A DNA stretch of 63,912 nucleotides, filler included, from Octopus bimaculoides (GCF_001194135.2; 5 parts of 4 records of this genome joined end to end with filler, not necessarily neighbours in it); one strand, 5' to 3'; counted from the whole stretch's first letter, positions 1 to 14,203 are shown. Numbers and translations are program-made. The notes: generated by a model not told the origin, from the letters alone.

Positions 1-75
1 GGTCGATTTGTTCGACCAAAGCCTTCAAGGCGGTGCTCCAGCGTGGCCGCAGTTCAATAGCTGAAACAAGTAAAA
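1..75 (+). mobile_element. SINE family B 3' end
   Basis: GGTCGATTTGTTCGAC...GGCGGTGCTCCAGCGTGGCCGCAG...GAAACAAGTAAAA matches the ends of the copies at 48930 and 55320. Confidence 0.8.
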
Positions 76-953
76 AAAAAAAAGATATAAATGTACAAAT
101 ATAACTCTTTATTCTTCAGCTGTAACTGATCAAATAGACAATTTGTGTTTTTGAATCTATGTATCTACATCTATATATAGTCAATTGGTTTGTTTCCAGT
201 GTATTACTGGTATATGATTGATTTTTAAACAATACACGACGGATAAAAAAAAAAAAAAAGCGAGGTTTCCCGTATAGCACCAAACGGATTTGAACCCTGA
301 GAGACGCGGCCAAATAACTACAGTGCATTGTGTTTGATGCTAGTTTTCAATATTTCTGCTCAGCTCCATTGCGGACTTCGATCCGGGAATGATATTTGAT
401 CAAATATATTTGAAAATATAAGAAACTAAAACATCACCACCACTACCACCACCAATCAACAATAACAATAATACTAAACACTACAACATTAATTATAATA
501 TTGATTTTTTTTTTACCTCTGATCGATGGATAAAATACATCATTGAAGTCAGCTGTCTAATAATTCAGAAATTGGAATTGAATCCTTCTAAAGAAGTTAA
601 TATATATTTTAAAGCCATTCTTAATACGCAAAGAAGTCACCGATGAATAAGAAGATTATTGCAGTCGAATTTATTTTGTAAATAGAACTTGTTTCTCACC
701 AAAACAAGCAAAAAGGATATTTGAAAAATGAAATTAATGGCGATAATAATTACAAATGAAAACAGAGTCAAGTAAATGGCCACAATAACAACAACAACAA
801 CAACAACAACAACAACGAGAGAGTATAATTATGAACGGTTATAAGCCAGAAATTAAATAACGAAATACGAATCATTAAAACGAATTCTTGGACGAGAAAC
901 TGTCAATGAAAAACAGCACTGGTGTGATGGATATCATAGAGGAATGAAAAAGA

Positions 954-1021
<68 letters not shown>
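954..1021. repeat. (AAT)n microsatellite
   Basis: Direct reading. Confidence 0.95.
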
Positions 1022-1024
<3 letters not shown>

Positions 1025-3260
1025 CATAGTAATTCGAACAACAAAGACGACAGCAACAGCGAACATTTAAGGAAAAAGAAATTCAGAAAACGAAATGACG
1101 TTTTAGTTTTGAAATATAAGTATTTATATGTTTATATAGAAAAAATAAGAAACTATGGTAGCATCAAAAAATTGTTAAGATATAGATAACTGCCAGAATG
1201 AAAATGAAAAAGAATTTAAAGCGATAATGAAACACGATATATGATGGATGGCATTGAGGTTATATATATATATATATGGTGAGAGGTGGGTGCTGGCTCT
1301 AATTTGATACGGACACCGTCATTGAGACGATGATGATAATGTAGATAAAGGCGACGACGACGACGACGACGATGATGATGGTGATGATGAAGATGATGAT
1401 GATAGGGATTATTATGTCTTGTTTAATGTGTCGTGTGAAAGACCTGATTTAAATCAACAAGTACAGTGTTTTGTAACTTCTGTCGTCTGTTGGTGATTTC
1501 TGCTGTCGTCTGTTGGTGACTTGTGTACGTAACGTAAACACCCAATAGATACAAACAGTAACACAAACAGTGAGACGGACAGACAGGTAGACAGAGAGAC
1601 AGACGTACTAATATATGTATTATAGACAAGGATTTTGGGGAGAAACGGACGGATAGATTAAGAAACAGTTAAGAGAGAAATAAAGAAATAGAGAAAGAGA
1701 GAAAAAAAAGAAACAGACAGACAAACTGACACTTAAATACCGACAGACACACACACACACACACATATATAAATATATAATAAAATATATATATATTTAA
1801 TAATATATTTAATGTATATGCGCTGTCATATAGATATAAATAAATATTTTGAAAGACAAATGCAGAATGGATTCATATATAGGCAGAAAGACAGAAAAAT
1901 TCATAGATTAATAGATAGATCGATACGCATATAAGTAATTAGGTAAATTGGTGAATGGAGAGACGGATGAACAATTTCACTGAAAGAACACAAGTTCGAT
2001 ACTAAATCGAAACTAAAACATCGCACATTTGGCAAATGAATCAAAGAAGAGCGAATTAATTGTATTGTATATAAACTGCTTAAAGAAACCACGTGAAGAC
2101 TTCGGAGAAAATATGGAAATTATGTAAATTAGTGATCGATGTGATAATCATAACCAAGTACTATCGGTGATTTTTCACAGATACACACACACACACGTTA
2201 AACACAGGCATATACTCATATGCATATACACACATAAACACAAACTGTTAGAGCCTTATCACATATACACGAAGGCACACACACTTTTAAATAATACAGA
2301 AATATAATGATACAAAAATAGCAAAAGAAAACATTAAAAAAAAATACACAAAGGAAAAAGAGGATAACGTTTTGCTTATTTCCAATTGGATAAAAAATTT
2401 TCTGTTTCAAAAGCGGTAAAAAAATTACAAATTAAAACAAATTACTCTTTTATTTAATATCGGGAATTAAAAAAAAATTATCTTCGTAATACATTTCAGT
2501 CCCGTTTAAATAATCAAATTAGTAACTGTAAAAAGAAAATACACACACAAGTCTGTATTCGATGTCAACCCGTATCCACGTCCTACACCTTAGCACCTCA
2601 CTCTAATGTACGGCCTTGGGTCAATGCTAAAAATCATAATTTTAAAACGGGTGTATTTTTATTGTTGTTGGTGTGGTTGTCGTTGATATTGCTGTTGCTA
2701 TGTTGTAATTGTTAATTAATTATTGAAGTCATTCTTTTTGTTGTTATTTGTTTAAACCATTCACCTAACGTTCCATTTTATTTTTTCATCCTTAAAACAA
2801 AATTAATTAGGGGTAAAGTAAATTTGAGCTAAGCTAATTCAAAAAAAGAAAGAACAACTTAATCTAAACAAACGTATAATTAAAACAAGACAGTTGTATT
2901 ATTTTGTATAGTTTTCAGGGTTTTAATTAAGTTTTGAAATCATGTAATTCTTCTTAAATTTTTCATAAGAAATATTTTAATTCAAATTTATTCTGAAACA
3001 GAAAGCTGAGTTATATTAATTATCAAATTCATTGTGTCTGGTTTATAAAATAATTAAAAATTAATTATAGGCGAACTACTTTGAATAAAACATTAATTCT
3101 AATTAAATATAAAAAAGAAACACTATCCAATTCTTCTCTTTCATTAAAAATGTCTTATGCTAATTAACTTTTTAAAATTAATTGCTTACCTAATTATGTC
3201 TAAAATATTGTAAAAATACTATATTCTAACAAATTATTTCATCTCATATATATTATATAT

Positions 3261-3263
<3 letters not shown>

Positions 3264-3350
<87 letters not shown>
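3264..3350. repeat. (CA)n microsatellite
   Basis: Direct reading. Confidence 0.95.
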
Positions 3351-3354
<4 letters not shown>

Positions 3355-3831
3355 AGACATCAAATTGATGTTCGATTTTTAAGCTTAGCTGTTTGGTTTT
3401 AAATTTTAAGATATAATTACTTGATATTGTCTAACTTTAATTAAAACTGACCTTTTAATATACAGAATCGATATATGTTAAAATTTGTCTTACACACGTT
3501 TAAGACTATTTTTTAATCAAATTATACAATTGGCCGTTTGGAAATTATATTCTTACTTAACTTCCTAGCGCAAAATTATACAACTTTAATCACCTATAAA
3601 ATTCGATATTTTGTACTTCTAAAAAACTTGTTACTTTATCTTGCTGTTATTGTTTAGCCGTAAATCAACCCTGATTAAGCGTACATTTATGACTAAAAGA
3701 AGAAAAAAGTAATCAAATGTTTAAGAATATGGTAATCTGATTGATAATTAATTAATATTGAGTTAATATTCTATATTCCCTGTTCTCAGTAAAGAAGAAT
3801 ATATTTCTCTTTATACAGACATTTACTACCC

Positions 3832-3865
<34 letters not shown>

Positions 3866-4253
3866 NNNNNNNNNNNNNNNNNNNNNNNNNNNNNNNNNNN
3901 NNNNNNNNNNNNNNNNNNNNNNNNNNNNNNNNNNNNNNNNNNNNNNNNNNNNNNNNNNNNNNNNNNNNNNNNNNNNNNNNNNNNNNNNNNNNNNNNNNNN
4001 NNNNNNNNNNNNNNNNNNNNNNNNNNNNNNNNNNNNNNNNNNNNNNNNNNNNNNNNNNNNNNNNNNNNNNNNNNNNNNNNNNNNNNNNNNNNNNNNNNNN
4101 NNNNNGGGTGTTTATGTGCGTATTAAATAGTAAAAAGACAAGATTGATTAATCAGTATTCTATAGGTTCTACCAGTTTCTGATTTTGTCTACGATATTCT
4201 ACCCAAGGTGCAACTTGGTCTTGAATATGTCTAAACTAAACTACCTGGCTTTG

Positions 4254-4360
4254 ATTGGTTGCCTGACAAATAATTAGATTAACTCTTATTAATAAATTAA
4301 TTAAATAATAAAGAGCAAGGTTTCTAAAAAAAAGAGAAACATGCGTAAACATTTTCAGTC
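4254..4360 (+). promoter_or_regulatory. possible MyoD core promoter elements
   Basis: Inverted CCAAT (ATTGG, 4254-4258) lies ~100 bp upstream of an Inr-like TCAGTC (4355-4360), which is ~135 bp before the first ATG. Short motifs only; TTTTCAG could instead be a 5'UTR acceptor. Confidence 0.2.
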
Positions 4361-4494
4361 ATTTTAATAAAATACTTCCCCATAATTTCAAACCACGAAG
4401 AGTACAAGTTGAAATTAAACTCACCGAAAGAGATACAACAACAACCACAACAACAATAATAATAACAATAAATTTTTAATTTTTGACATCAACA

Positions 4495-6435
4495 ATGATG
4501 ATGATGATGGCGGACTATCGGAGCTGTCGTTATGAGTATGGTACTCCTTACAACGGAAATACTCATATACGTACGGCTTCTAACACATCTGGCTCTGCCG
4601 TTGTTGATATGGAAACGGCAGATGCATGTCACATTATGGACATCTCTCATTCTCATCCAGCGTCGTCCAACGTTGGCGCTACTTGTTCGGGTTACTACTC
4701 GGGTGGCCCTTCAAATTACCACCTCAGGGGTTACGGTCGACAGCAGTACCCTGATTTATACAACGGGCTCGGGCACCAGCAGAACATAACTCTGACGAAC
4801 GGGGGCATCGTTGGTTCAAATTCCACGGGTAGCTGTATCGGAGGTGTTGGTGGTGGTTGTGGTGGTGTTGGTATACGGAGTAACAGACCACGTAGTAACA
4901 CCAGCTGCAGCAGTAGTAGCAGTAGCAGTAGCAGCAGTAGTAGTAGTAGTAACAGCAGCAGCAAAAATTGTAACAGAAGTAATAGTAGTATTAATAGTAT
5001 TAATAGTGGTATTAGTAGTAGTTGTAATATAAACAAGAACAATAACAATGATATTAGTAATAATAATAGTAGTAGTAGTAGTAGTAGTAGTAGTAGCAGT
5101 CATCGCAAAATCAACAGCAAAGCCAACAGCAACAATAACAACAACAGTAACCGTAGCAACATTAAAAACAACAGCAACGTCATTGAGAGTAAAAACGCTA
5201 CTACCACTAATACAACTACTACTATTACAGCTACTACACTCCCCACCTCTACTATTAGTACCACTACTACTACTACTACTTCTACAAGCAATAGTAGCAA
5301 CGACAGTAAGAACAATAAGAGTGATAATGGTCATAATAGTAACAACAACAACAACAGCAACAACAAACAGCATATTAATGACTTAGAGCAATTGAATGGT
5401 TCCTCTCTATCTCATCACACAACACAACGCCATCATCGTCATCATCATCATCACAACAGCAGTAATAGTCAGCAACAGCAGCAGCAGCAGCAACATCGTC
5501 ATCATCATTCCCATCATCAACAACAACAACAGCAACTACAACATATTCCTCATCAAAACAACCACCAACAACATCAACAGCACCATCCACAACATCAGCA
5601 ACAGCAAACACAACATCAACATCAGCATCAACATCAGCATCAACAACAGCAACGTTCATTTTATAATTTGACCACGACAGACGAGGGTTCAATCCCCAGG
5701 AATGAGGCTCTGAGTAAACCAAGGAGCAGTAGAACTCATTCGTTCTCAGCGAGTACCAAAGACCAGAGAGAGGAATATCAAAGACTGAAGACAAAGGCAC
5801 CGACTCACAAGGTCCGAGGGCCCGGATGTGAACCGTCACGAAATGGTGGCGTTCGAAATACTGGAAGTCCGAAACATAAACGACAAATTTCCGAAACAAA
5901 AACGGACAAAGAACAGGAAATGCTCTTAGATGCTGGCTTGAGTGATTGCGATATCGATGACAAATCGATGGATGACGAAGCCAGCTGTTCATCTCACGAG
6001 AAAGAATCGAGCGATAAGTCAGACATGGCTTCGTCTCCTTCTTCTTCTTCATCTTCTTCGTCAGCTTCCGACGAAGTTGATGAACACGTCCCTCATGTTT
6101 TGGCCCCCGGATACCATGGACCTAATCGGCGCTGCTTGCTCTGGGCTTGTAAGGCCTGCAAGAAAAAAACGGTGACGATCGATAGGAGAAAAGCAGCGAC
6201 TCTGCGAGAACGTCGACGCTTGCGGAAAGTAAACGAAGCGTTTGAGACGCTAAAACGTCGCACGTGTCCCAACCCCAACCAACGCCTTCCCAAAGTGGAA
6301 ATTCTTCGGAATGCCATTGAATATATCGAAAGTTTGGAGGAACTGTTGCATGGCAACCGTATTGGTCGTTCAGACCCCACCACCGCAGATATACGTATCG
6401 ATACTGGATCAACGAGCAGTGGATCTGACTATATG
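4495..6435 (+). CDS. MyoD: MyoD/MRF-family myogenic bHLH transcription factor, first coding exon (647 codons; partial gene)
   Basis: The ORF encodes the His/Cys region HVPHVLAPG...[10 protein letters not shown] and the b[59 protein letters not shown] (~6181-6348), with the myogenic Ala-Thr pair in the basic region. First ATG is at 4495 (five tandem ATGs). The exon ends ...SSGSDYM at a GTGAGT donor, the position of the vertebrate MyoD exon 1 end (SDGM). If unspliced, the frame stops at 6481-6483. Confidence 0.93.
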
Positions 6436-6441
6436 GTGAGT
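6436..6441 (+). other. 5' splice donor (phase 0) of MyoD intron 1
   Basis: ATG|GTGAGT is a perfect consensus donor, directly after the SDYM motif. Confidence 0.85.
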
Positions 6442-7066
6442 ACATTTATCGATTTCTTCGTTGAACTATCTATTCCTATCTAGCTATTTATTGAACTATT
6501 CCGATCTAACCATTTGTTGCATTATTTATTCCAATGTGATTCCATGTTGATCAGTTCCTGTGGAATTTAAGAATTTTGGGAACTGAATCACAGACCAGTT
6601 CTGATCAAACAAACATATTGTAAAAATCAGTTCAAGTCGCGAATATGCCATTAAAATTCTTTTTTTAAACACAGGGTACCCAGTACTACATTATCTAATG
6701 GGTATGTATGTGTGTATTACAAATGCTCACCGCACCCCTAATCGATTAGATTTGGAGAATCCGAGTCGGTTCTCTCTGTTATTTCTCAAACAATTCCAGT
6801 CCTTCATAGCTTTTATACAAGGATACCTTAACACAACGTAGCACACCTTCAATAGAAGGTGCAAATTAAAACCTTGAGCACGGATAGAAGGGTTCTTTGT
6901 TCATCCCAGACATTCACTTTCTAACAGTTATAGACGAGACATTCATATTTGATGGGCAGCTGATAACTTCTACGATGTATTACAGGTATGTCCTGTCCCA
7001 TAGAAAACTATCAAAGCTGTTGTGCTTACAACGAGTTGTTGTTTTTTATTAGAATGTGGCACAAGT

Positions 7067-7130
7067 AAGACGGCAAACCGGCAGAAATGTTAGCACACCG
7101 GGCGAAATGCTTAACGGTATTTCGTCTGAC
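7067..7130 (+). mobile_element. tRNA-derived SINE family A, 5' head only
   Basis: GGCAGAAATGTTAGCACACCGGGCGAAATGCTTAACGGTATTTCG matches the family A head seen at 22647 and 53435. Confidence 0.7.
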
Positions 7131-7159
7131 TTAATATACATTTTTTTTTCTCTCCTTGT

Positions 7160-7295
7160 TTCTCTCCGTATTTATTTCTGTGTTTCTTTCTGTGGAAGAG
7201 CGTAGACTCGAAACGTTAAAGACTTTTTCAATTCCAGAGCGTTAAACTAATACATCTGTTTGTTTTCTACACCACCTGGCTTCGTCTGTTGCTTT
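7160..7295 (+). mobile_element. Penelope-like terminal-repeat fragment (copy 1)
   Basis: ~130 bp similar to 50315-50460. Carries GAAGAG...CTCGAAACGT, typical of Penelope-like element ends. Confidence 0.5.
7185..7222 (+). ncRNA. minimal type-I hammerhead-like motif (variant core)
   Basis: UCUUU-CUGUGGAA-GAG(CGUAGA)CUC-GAAA-CG-UU-AAAGA: helix I UCUUU/AAAGA, helix II GAG/CUC, GAAAC-GUH. Confidence 0.4.
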
Positions 7296-7310
7296 TTTTT
7301 TGTGAATTCT

Positions 7311-7347
<37 letters not shown>

Positions 7348-8663
7348 TGTATGCCCCTGGATTTGTGTCCTGTGGGATCATGTCTCTTTAGTGCAAAGGT
7401 ATTCGTGCGTGTCTGTGTGTGATTACATCATCTCTTCTTACATGTATGGCCTTGGCGATGCACCACAACCAATTATGTGCATATATTTGCATATGTAGCA
7501 ACATAATTATGTAATTATCTATTTATGTATGTATATTGTTTTTATTGTTGTTTAGTACCGTGTTAGGATTGATCAAGAAAAATCTATGATCAATGACTTC
7601 TAGCCGTGACCATCCCATCTTAAATATAAAACGTATTATATCTAGGACTACATATTAAAAATTTTTTTTTTTAAGAATGATAGAATATGATTTGAAAGAA
7701 ATTTTGTTGCTAATTCTATGATATCGAACGGATGATAAAATATAGTACCAGTTAAATACGTGGGTCGATAAATATTTAATATTCCTATAAATGATTCCAA
7801 AGGTGAAAGGAATTGTAGCAGAAGTGACGTGTGGAAGGACCCTCTTCGGTTTTTGAAACTCGTTATTTTTGGTGATGTGGTTTATTCCCATGTCATCGCT
7901 GCTTGGAATGTTTTATAAGAAAAAAACCCCTTCCAGATGTGACCATCATGTCGAGGGTTCAGCCGTGGTATATCTAGGAATATATTATCAAATGCACCTC
8001 TTATTTAACGACAGACTGTAGGATGAATTTAAGGAGGTTTAGGTTGTTATTTCTAGTAAATGAAAGAAGCCACACAGAGGCTCTTTCGTTGGCCCGTGAA
8101 AACTGTTGCTAATTTTGCAGGTGTTTATCTACACGACATCGCTGATAGACATCGTCTTATGATAAAAAACACCTTCTTGGTGTGACCATTACATCGATTT
8201 TTCAGACATACTCTATCCAAAAGATTATTATTAAATGCGTCCTTTTTCTGAAATAGATAGCAGGGACGTTAAGTTGTTATTTCTAGCACATTCAGAGACC
8301 ACATAATGGAGCTCACACTTGTTCGTTTCATCTTAACATGTCACAGATTCGAACTTTAATGATAATTCATTTAGCCGTTACATGCACAGCTTCAAACCGC
8401 GGAATAGCTCCATCCAGGTAGAACCATCTTTATTGTACAATAAGAAAATAAAGTATCATTATATTTCATTACTCAGTCTATTCACAAACCGCTTGTTTTC
8501 TTTTTCCAAGTCCTTGATTTCCCAAAATGCCTTATATACATGTATCTATAAATCATTTTTCTACATTTCATCATATCACTCATACAAACACTCACTGTTT
8601 CTCACTCAAACATACTTTCACTCAGACACCGTGCACTAACATATATACGTAAGTAATGGTACA

Positions 8664-8734
<71 letters not shown>

Positions 8735-8798
8735 TCCTTTCTACTAAAGGCACAAGGCCTGAAATTTTTTAGTGTTACATTGGTATTTAATTTATCGA
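8664..8798 (-). mobile_element. SINE family A 3' end with expanded (AAT)n tail (8664-8732)
   Basis: GATCCTTTCTACTAAAGGCACAAGGCCTGAAATTT is the reverse complement of the family A 3' end; the element runs into a gap. Confidence 0.7.
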
Positions 8799-10094
8799 NN
8801 NNNNNNNNNNNNNNNNNNNNNNNNNNNNNNNNNNNNNNNNNNNNNNNNNNNNNNNNNNNNNNNNNNNNNNNNNNNNNNNNNNNNNNNNNNNNNNNNNNNN
8901 NNNNNNNNNNNNNNNNNNNNNNNNNNNNNNNNNNNNNNNNNNNNNNNNNNNNNNNNNNNNNNNNNNNNNNNNNNNNNNNNNNNNNNNNNNNNNNNNNNNN
9001 NNNNNNNNNNNNNNNNNNNNNNNNNNNNNNNNNNNNNNNNNNNNNNNNNNNNNNNNNNNNNNNNNNNNNNNNNNNNNNNNNNNNNNNNNNNNNNNNNNNN
9101 NNNNNNNNNNNNNNNNNNNNNNNNNNNNNNNNNNNNNNNNNNNNNNNNNNNNNNNNNNNNNNNNNNNNNNNNNNNNNNNNNNNNNNNNNNNNNNNNNNNN
9201 NNNNNNNNNNNNNNNNNNNNNNNNNNNNNNNNNNNNNNNNNNNNNNNNNNNNNNNNNNNNNNNNNNNNNNNNNNNNNNNNNNNNNNNNNNNNNNNNNNNN
9301 NNNNNNNNNNNNNNNTATATAAATATATATATATATACGTACATATGTACATATAGAGAAATACATAGACATCAGTGGGCAGTGTGAGCCAGAATTGTGA
9401 TATTTATTTCTTTTCAGAAAAGTTGTTCTACAATCGGACCTTAGCCGCAAAATCGCTCGCTGCACTCAACACCTAATGCAATCCAGCACATTAAGATACA
9501 TTACACCAGGATATAAAATTGGACGGAATTCGATATAGCATTTGAATAGAATAACACGTTATATAAAACGGTAAAATATCATATCACACAAGTGATTTAT
9601 ATATAATACGATATAACGGGCAGGAAAAAATCAGAGGTAGACCACGTGTGAAATTATTGGATATCATCCTAGAGCTTGGTTGATCTTGTATGAAGATCCA
9701 GCCGGAGCAATAGAAGATGGCTGCTTCTGACAGGCTCCCGTTGAAAGCGCACTTGTGCACTTAAACAAGGATATCATTAACTGTGAATTCGAAGTTTCGA
9801 TGAGTTAATACATCGTCGGACTGCGATGCTTTGAAGTTAATCTTGGCTTTATATTGACTTACCTAGCCTAAACTTAGAAGCCACTGTTAATAATATTCTT
9901 GTTTAAGAATAACGAATTTGTGTTCTACTGTAGTATAGGGCACAACTTCAGATTAATTTGAAATTGCTTTTGTCATAACAAAAACAAACGTGAACACACA
10001 TACAGATAAATATGCTTGAATACTTATACAAACACACACACATACACACACACACACATACAGACGGACACGTATATATATGTGTGTGTGTGTA

Positions 10095-10173
<79 letters not shown>

Positions 10174-10875
10174 NNNNNNNNNNNNNNNNNNNNNNNNNNN
10201 NNNNNNNNNNNNNNNNNNNNNNNNNNNNNNNNNNNNNNNNNNNNNNNNNNNNNNNNNNNNNNNNNNNNNNNNNNNNNNNNNNNNNNNNNNNNNNNNNNNN
10301 NNNNNNNNNNNNNNNNNNNNNNNNNNNNNNNNNNNNNNNNNNNNNNNNNNNNNNNNNNNNNNNNNNNNNNNNNNNNNNNNNNNNNNNNNNNNNNNNNNNN
10401 NNNNNNNNNNNNNNNNNNNNNNNNNNNNNNNNNNNNNNNNNNNNNNNNNNNNNNNNNNNNNNNNNNNNNNNNNNNNNNNNNNNNNNNNNNNNNNNNNNNN
10501 NNNNNNNNNNNNNNNNNNNNNNNNNNNNNNNNNNNNNNNNNNNNNNNNNNNNNNNNNNNNNNNNNNNNNNNNNNNNNNNNNNNNNNNNNNNNNNNNNNNN
10601 NNNNNNNNNNNNNNNNNNNNNNNNNNNNNNNNNNNNNNNNNNNNNNNNNNNNNNNNNNNNNNNNNNNNNNNNNNNNNNNNNNNNNNNNNNNNNNNNNNNN
10701 NNNNNNNNNNNNNNNNNNNNNNNNNNNNNNNNNNNNNNNNNNNNNNNNNNNNNNNNNNNNNNNNNNNNNNNNNNNNNNNNNNNNNNNNNNNNNNNNNNNN
10801 NNNNNNNNNNNNNNNNNNNNNNNNNNNNNNNNNNNNNNNNNNNNNNNNNNNNNNNNNNNNNNNNNNNNNNNNNNN

Positions 10876-10910
<35 letters not shown>

Positions 10911-12154
10911 ATATTTGATGCAAATTAACAATACAGTGTAACAGTGCGATATTACACAATAGCAAATAAAAGATTTTGTTATACAACACAATACGGTATG
11001 AGATGCAACTAAAATATAACACAAAAGAAGGTAACTTAATACGATACAATAATAAAACAGAACAACGCAATTCTATGGAGAGAAAATTACAATGCTGTCT
11101 AATATAATTGAAAGCAACGTAAATCTGGATGCATTACAGGCAAATAGGATTGAATTAGATTAAAGCATACCGTATAAGTCGAGATACTGGTCTGCAATTT
11201 GTTACCTATCTATCTATCTATCTATCTATCTATCAATCTATCTATCTATCTGTCTATCTGTCTGATTGTCTGTCTGTCTCTTTCTGTGCCTATGCACACA
11301 TACACTCATGTATAACCATATATATATATANNNNNNNNNNNNNNNNNNNNNNNNNNNNNNNNNNNNNNNNNNNNNNNNNNNNNNNNNNNNNNNNNNNNNN
11401 NNNNNNNNNNNNNNNNNNNNNNNNNNNNNNNNNNNNNNNNNNNNNNNNNNNNNNNNNNNNNNNNNNNNNNNNNNNNNNNNNNNNNNNNNNNNNNNNNNNN
11501 NNNNNNNNNNNNNNNNNNNNNNNNNNNNNNNNNNNNNNNNNNNNNNNNNNNNNNNNNNNNNNNNNNNNNNNNNNNNNNNNNNNNNNNNNNNNNNNNNNNN
11601 NNNNNNNNNNNNNNNNNNNNNNNNNNNNNNNNNNNNNNNNNNNNNNNNNNNNNNNNNNNNNNNNNNNNNNNNNNNNNNNNNNNNNNNNNNNNNNNNNNNN
11701 NNNNNNNNNNNNNNNNNNNNNNNNNNNNNNNNNNNNNNNNNNNNNNNNNNNNNNNNNNNNNNNNNNNNNNNNNNNNNNNNNNNNNNNNNNNNNNNNNNNN
11801 NNNNNNNNNNNNNNNNNNNNNNNNNNNNNNNNNNNNNNNNNNNNNNNNNNNNNNNNNNNNNNNNNNNNNNNNNNNNNNNNNNNNNNNNNNNNNNNNNNNN
11901 NNNNNNNNNNNNNNNNNNNNNNNNNNNNNNNNNNNNNNNNNNNNNNNNNNNNNNNNNNNNNNNNNNNNNNNNNNNNNNNNNNNNNNNNNNNNNNNNNNNN
12001 NNNNNNNNNNNNNNNNNNNNNNNNNNNNNNNNNNNNNNNNNNNNNNNNNNNNNNNNNNNNNNNNNNNNNNNNNNNNNNNNNNNNNNNNNNNNNNNNNNNN
12101 NNNNNNNNNNNNNNATATTTTTATATGTCTTCTCACATATATGTATATGCATAT

Positions 12155-12189
<35 letters not shown>

Positions 12190-14203
12190 ATTTCATTATC
12201 TAAAGCAAGACAATTAACGGCGGATAATTAAAAGCCTCTTATTAACCATACAAAAGAAGTTGGTGAAGCGTTCTGCCAGCCACAAACTATAATCATAATA
12301 AACCGAAATATTCAGGCATCTATTTTTAAGTAATGTGGTCGTTGTTGAGGTAGTAGTAGTAGTAGTAGTAGTTGTTGTTGTTGTTGCTGCTGTTGGTATT
12401 TTGGTTCAGTAATTAAAAAAAAAAACAACATAATCTCAGTTGGCAAAAATGCTGTAGTAACACGCTCTGGGTTTGAACCCAGCACAATGTTGGTGGGAAA
12501 CAAACTTCTTACCACACAGCCAAAGCAGTAAATATAATTGTCTACACAATAAACAGTCCATAAAATAAGCATTCTCTATACTAAATAGTTTATATAATAA
12601 AACGTTTATATAATAAACATTTCCTATAAGAGACAGTCATTATATCAAGTAGTTTATACAGTGTTCGGTTTATATCATAAATAAAACAGTCTGTATAGTA
12701 AACAAGGTAAGAAGCAAAATGTCTGCAAGATTCTTGACGTGGACTCGGGTATTGAAATAAATTTTGTTGCATCTCGGGAGTGTCATTATGCCAAAATGAC
12801 CGATACTAAACAACCGGTGTTTGTTTATTTACGTCACCATTATTTAGCACTGATAAAATAAGTTCCAAGTAAAAGAAAAAAAGAAAAAGATTGAAAGACA
12901 CTCTTCTGCAAAGAATTCTCACAGAAGAATCTATAGAAATTCTCTAGCAATTGTTGCTGTTGTTGTTATTTTGTACATATATATTAATCAATATATATTA
13001 ATCAATTGCTGTGATTGCTTTTGAAGATAGTCCTGTATGGTTTCATGGAAATTTTGGCTGCTATATCTAGTAGAGCGAGCAACCGCACCGGCTCGTACGC
13101 AATGTTTATTGTGTTTGACGAAGATAAACGGTCGTTGAAGCTGTGTGTATGTATATGTATATTTATATATGTATGTATCAATATGATATATGATGTATTT
13201 GAGTCTGTATATGTACATACATAAGCACATACACATATACACACGCACACACACACATGTACATAATTGCTTATAGTATGTATACATACACACATGTACA
13301 ATGTACGTGTGTAAAATGTCTAACGTATACACATATATGTTTGTGTGTGTGTATAAATATAATATATACCATATATAAACATACATATATATACAATACA
13401 CCCCACCCCTATATATATGTGTGTGTAAACAGAGAAAGAGAGTGAGAGAGAGCGATATGTATATACAGAGAGAGAAAGGGGGGAGTGGGGGGGGGGCGTG
13501 AAGTTCTCAGAGGTCACGGTAGGTGCACTTAACCAAAACTGATGAGAATTTGTGTGTTGTTTTTTTTTTATATTTTAATCTATAGAAATCTCGAATTTTA
13601 TCTGCGAGGCCATCTCTAGTGTTGTAGATACAAGTAAAGAAGAGGGAAAGGCAGAGGGAGAGAGNNNNNNNNNNNNNNNNNNNNNNNNNNNNNNNNNNNN
13701 NNNNNNNNNNNNNNNNNNNNNNNNNNNNNNNNNNNNNNNNNNNNNNNNNNNNNNNNNNNNNNNNNNNNNNNNNNNNNNNNNNNNNNNNNNNNNNNNNNNN
13801 NNNNNNNNNNNNNNNNNNNNNNNNNNNNNNNNNNNNNNNNNNNNNNNNNNNNNNNNNNNNNNNNNNNNNNNNNNNNNNNNNNNNNNNNNNNNNNNNNNNN
13901 NNNNNNNNNNNNNNNNNNNNNNNNNNNNNNNNNNNNNNNNNNNNNNNNNNNNNNNNNNNNNNNNNNNNNNNNNNNNNNNNNNNNNNNNNNNNNNNNNNNN
14001 NNNNNNNNNNNNNNNNNNNNNNNNNNNNNNNNNNNNNNNNNNNNNNNNNNNNNNNNNNNNNNNNNNNNNNNNNNNNNNNNNNNNNNNNNNNNNNNNNNNN
14101 NNNNNNNNNNNNNNNNNNNNNNNNNNNNNNNNNNNNNNNNNNNNNNNNNNNNNNNNNNNNNNNNNNNNNNNNNNNNNNNNNNNNNTATATATATATATAT
14201 ATA

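Noticed and set aside
240-330. tRNA-like B box (GGGTTCAAATCC on the minus strand)
   Set aside because: No cloverleaf; most likely a decayed SINE head rather than a tRNA gene.
4731-6445. Overlapping antisense and alternate-frame ORFs within MyoD exon 1
   Set aside because: Shadows of the trinucleotide-rich coding strand, with no independent domain signal.
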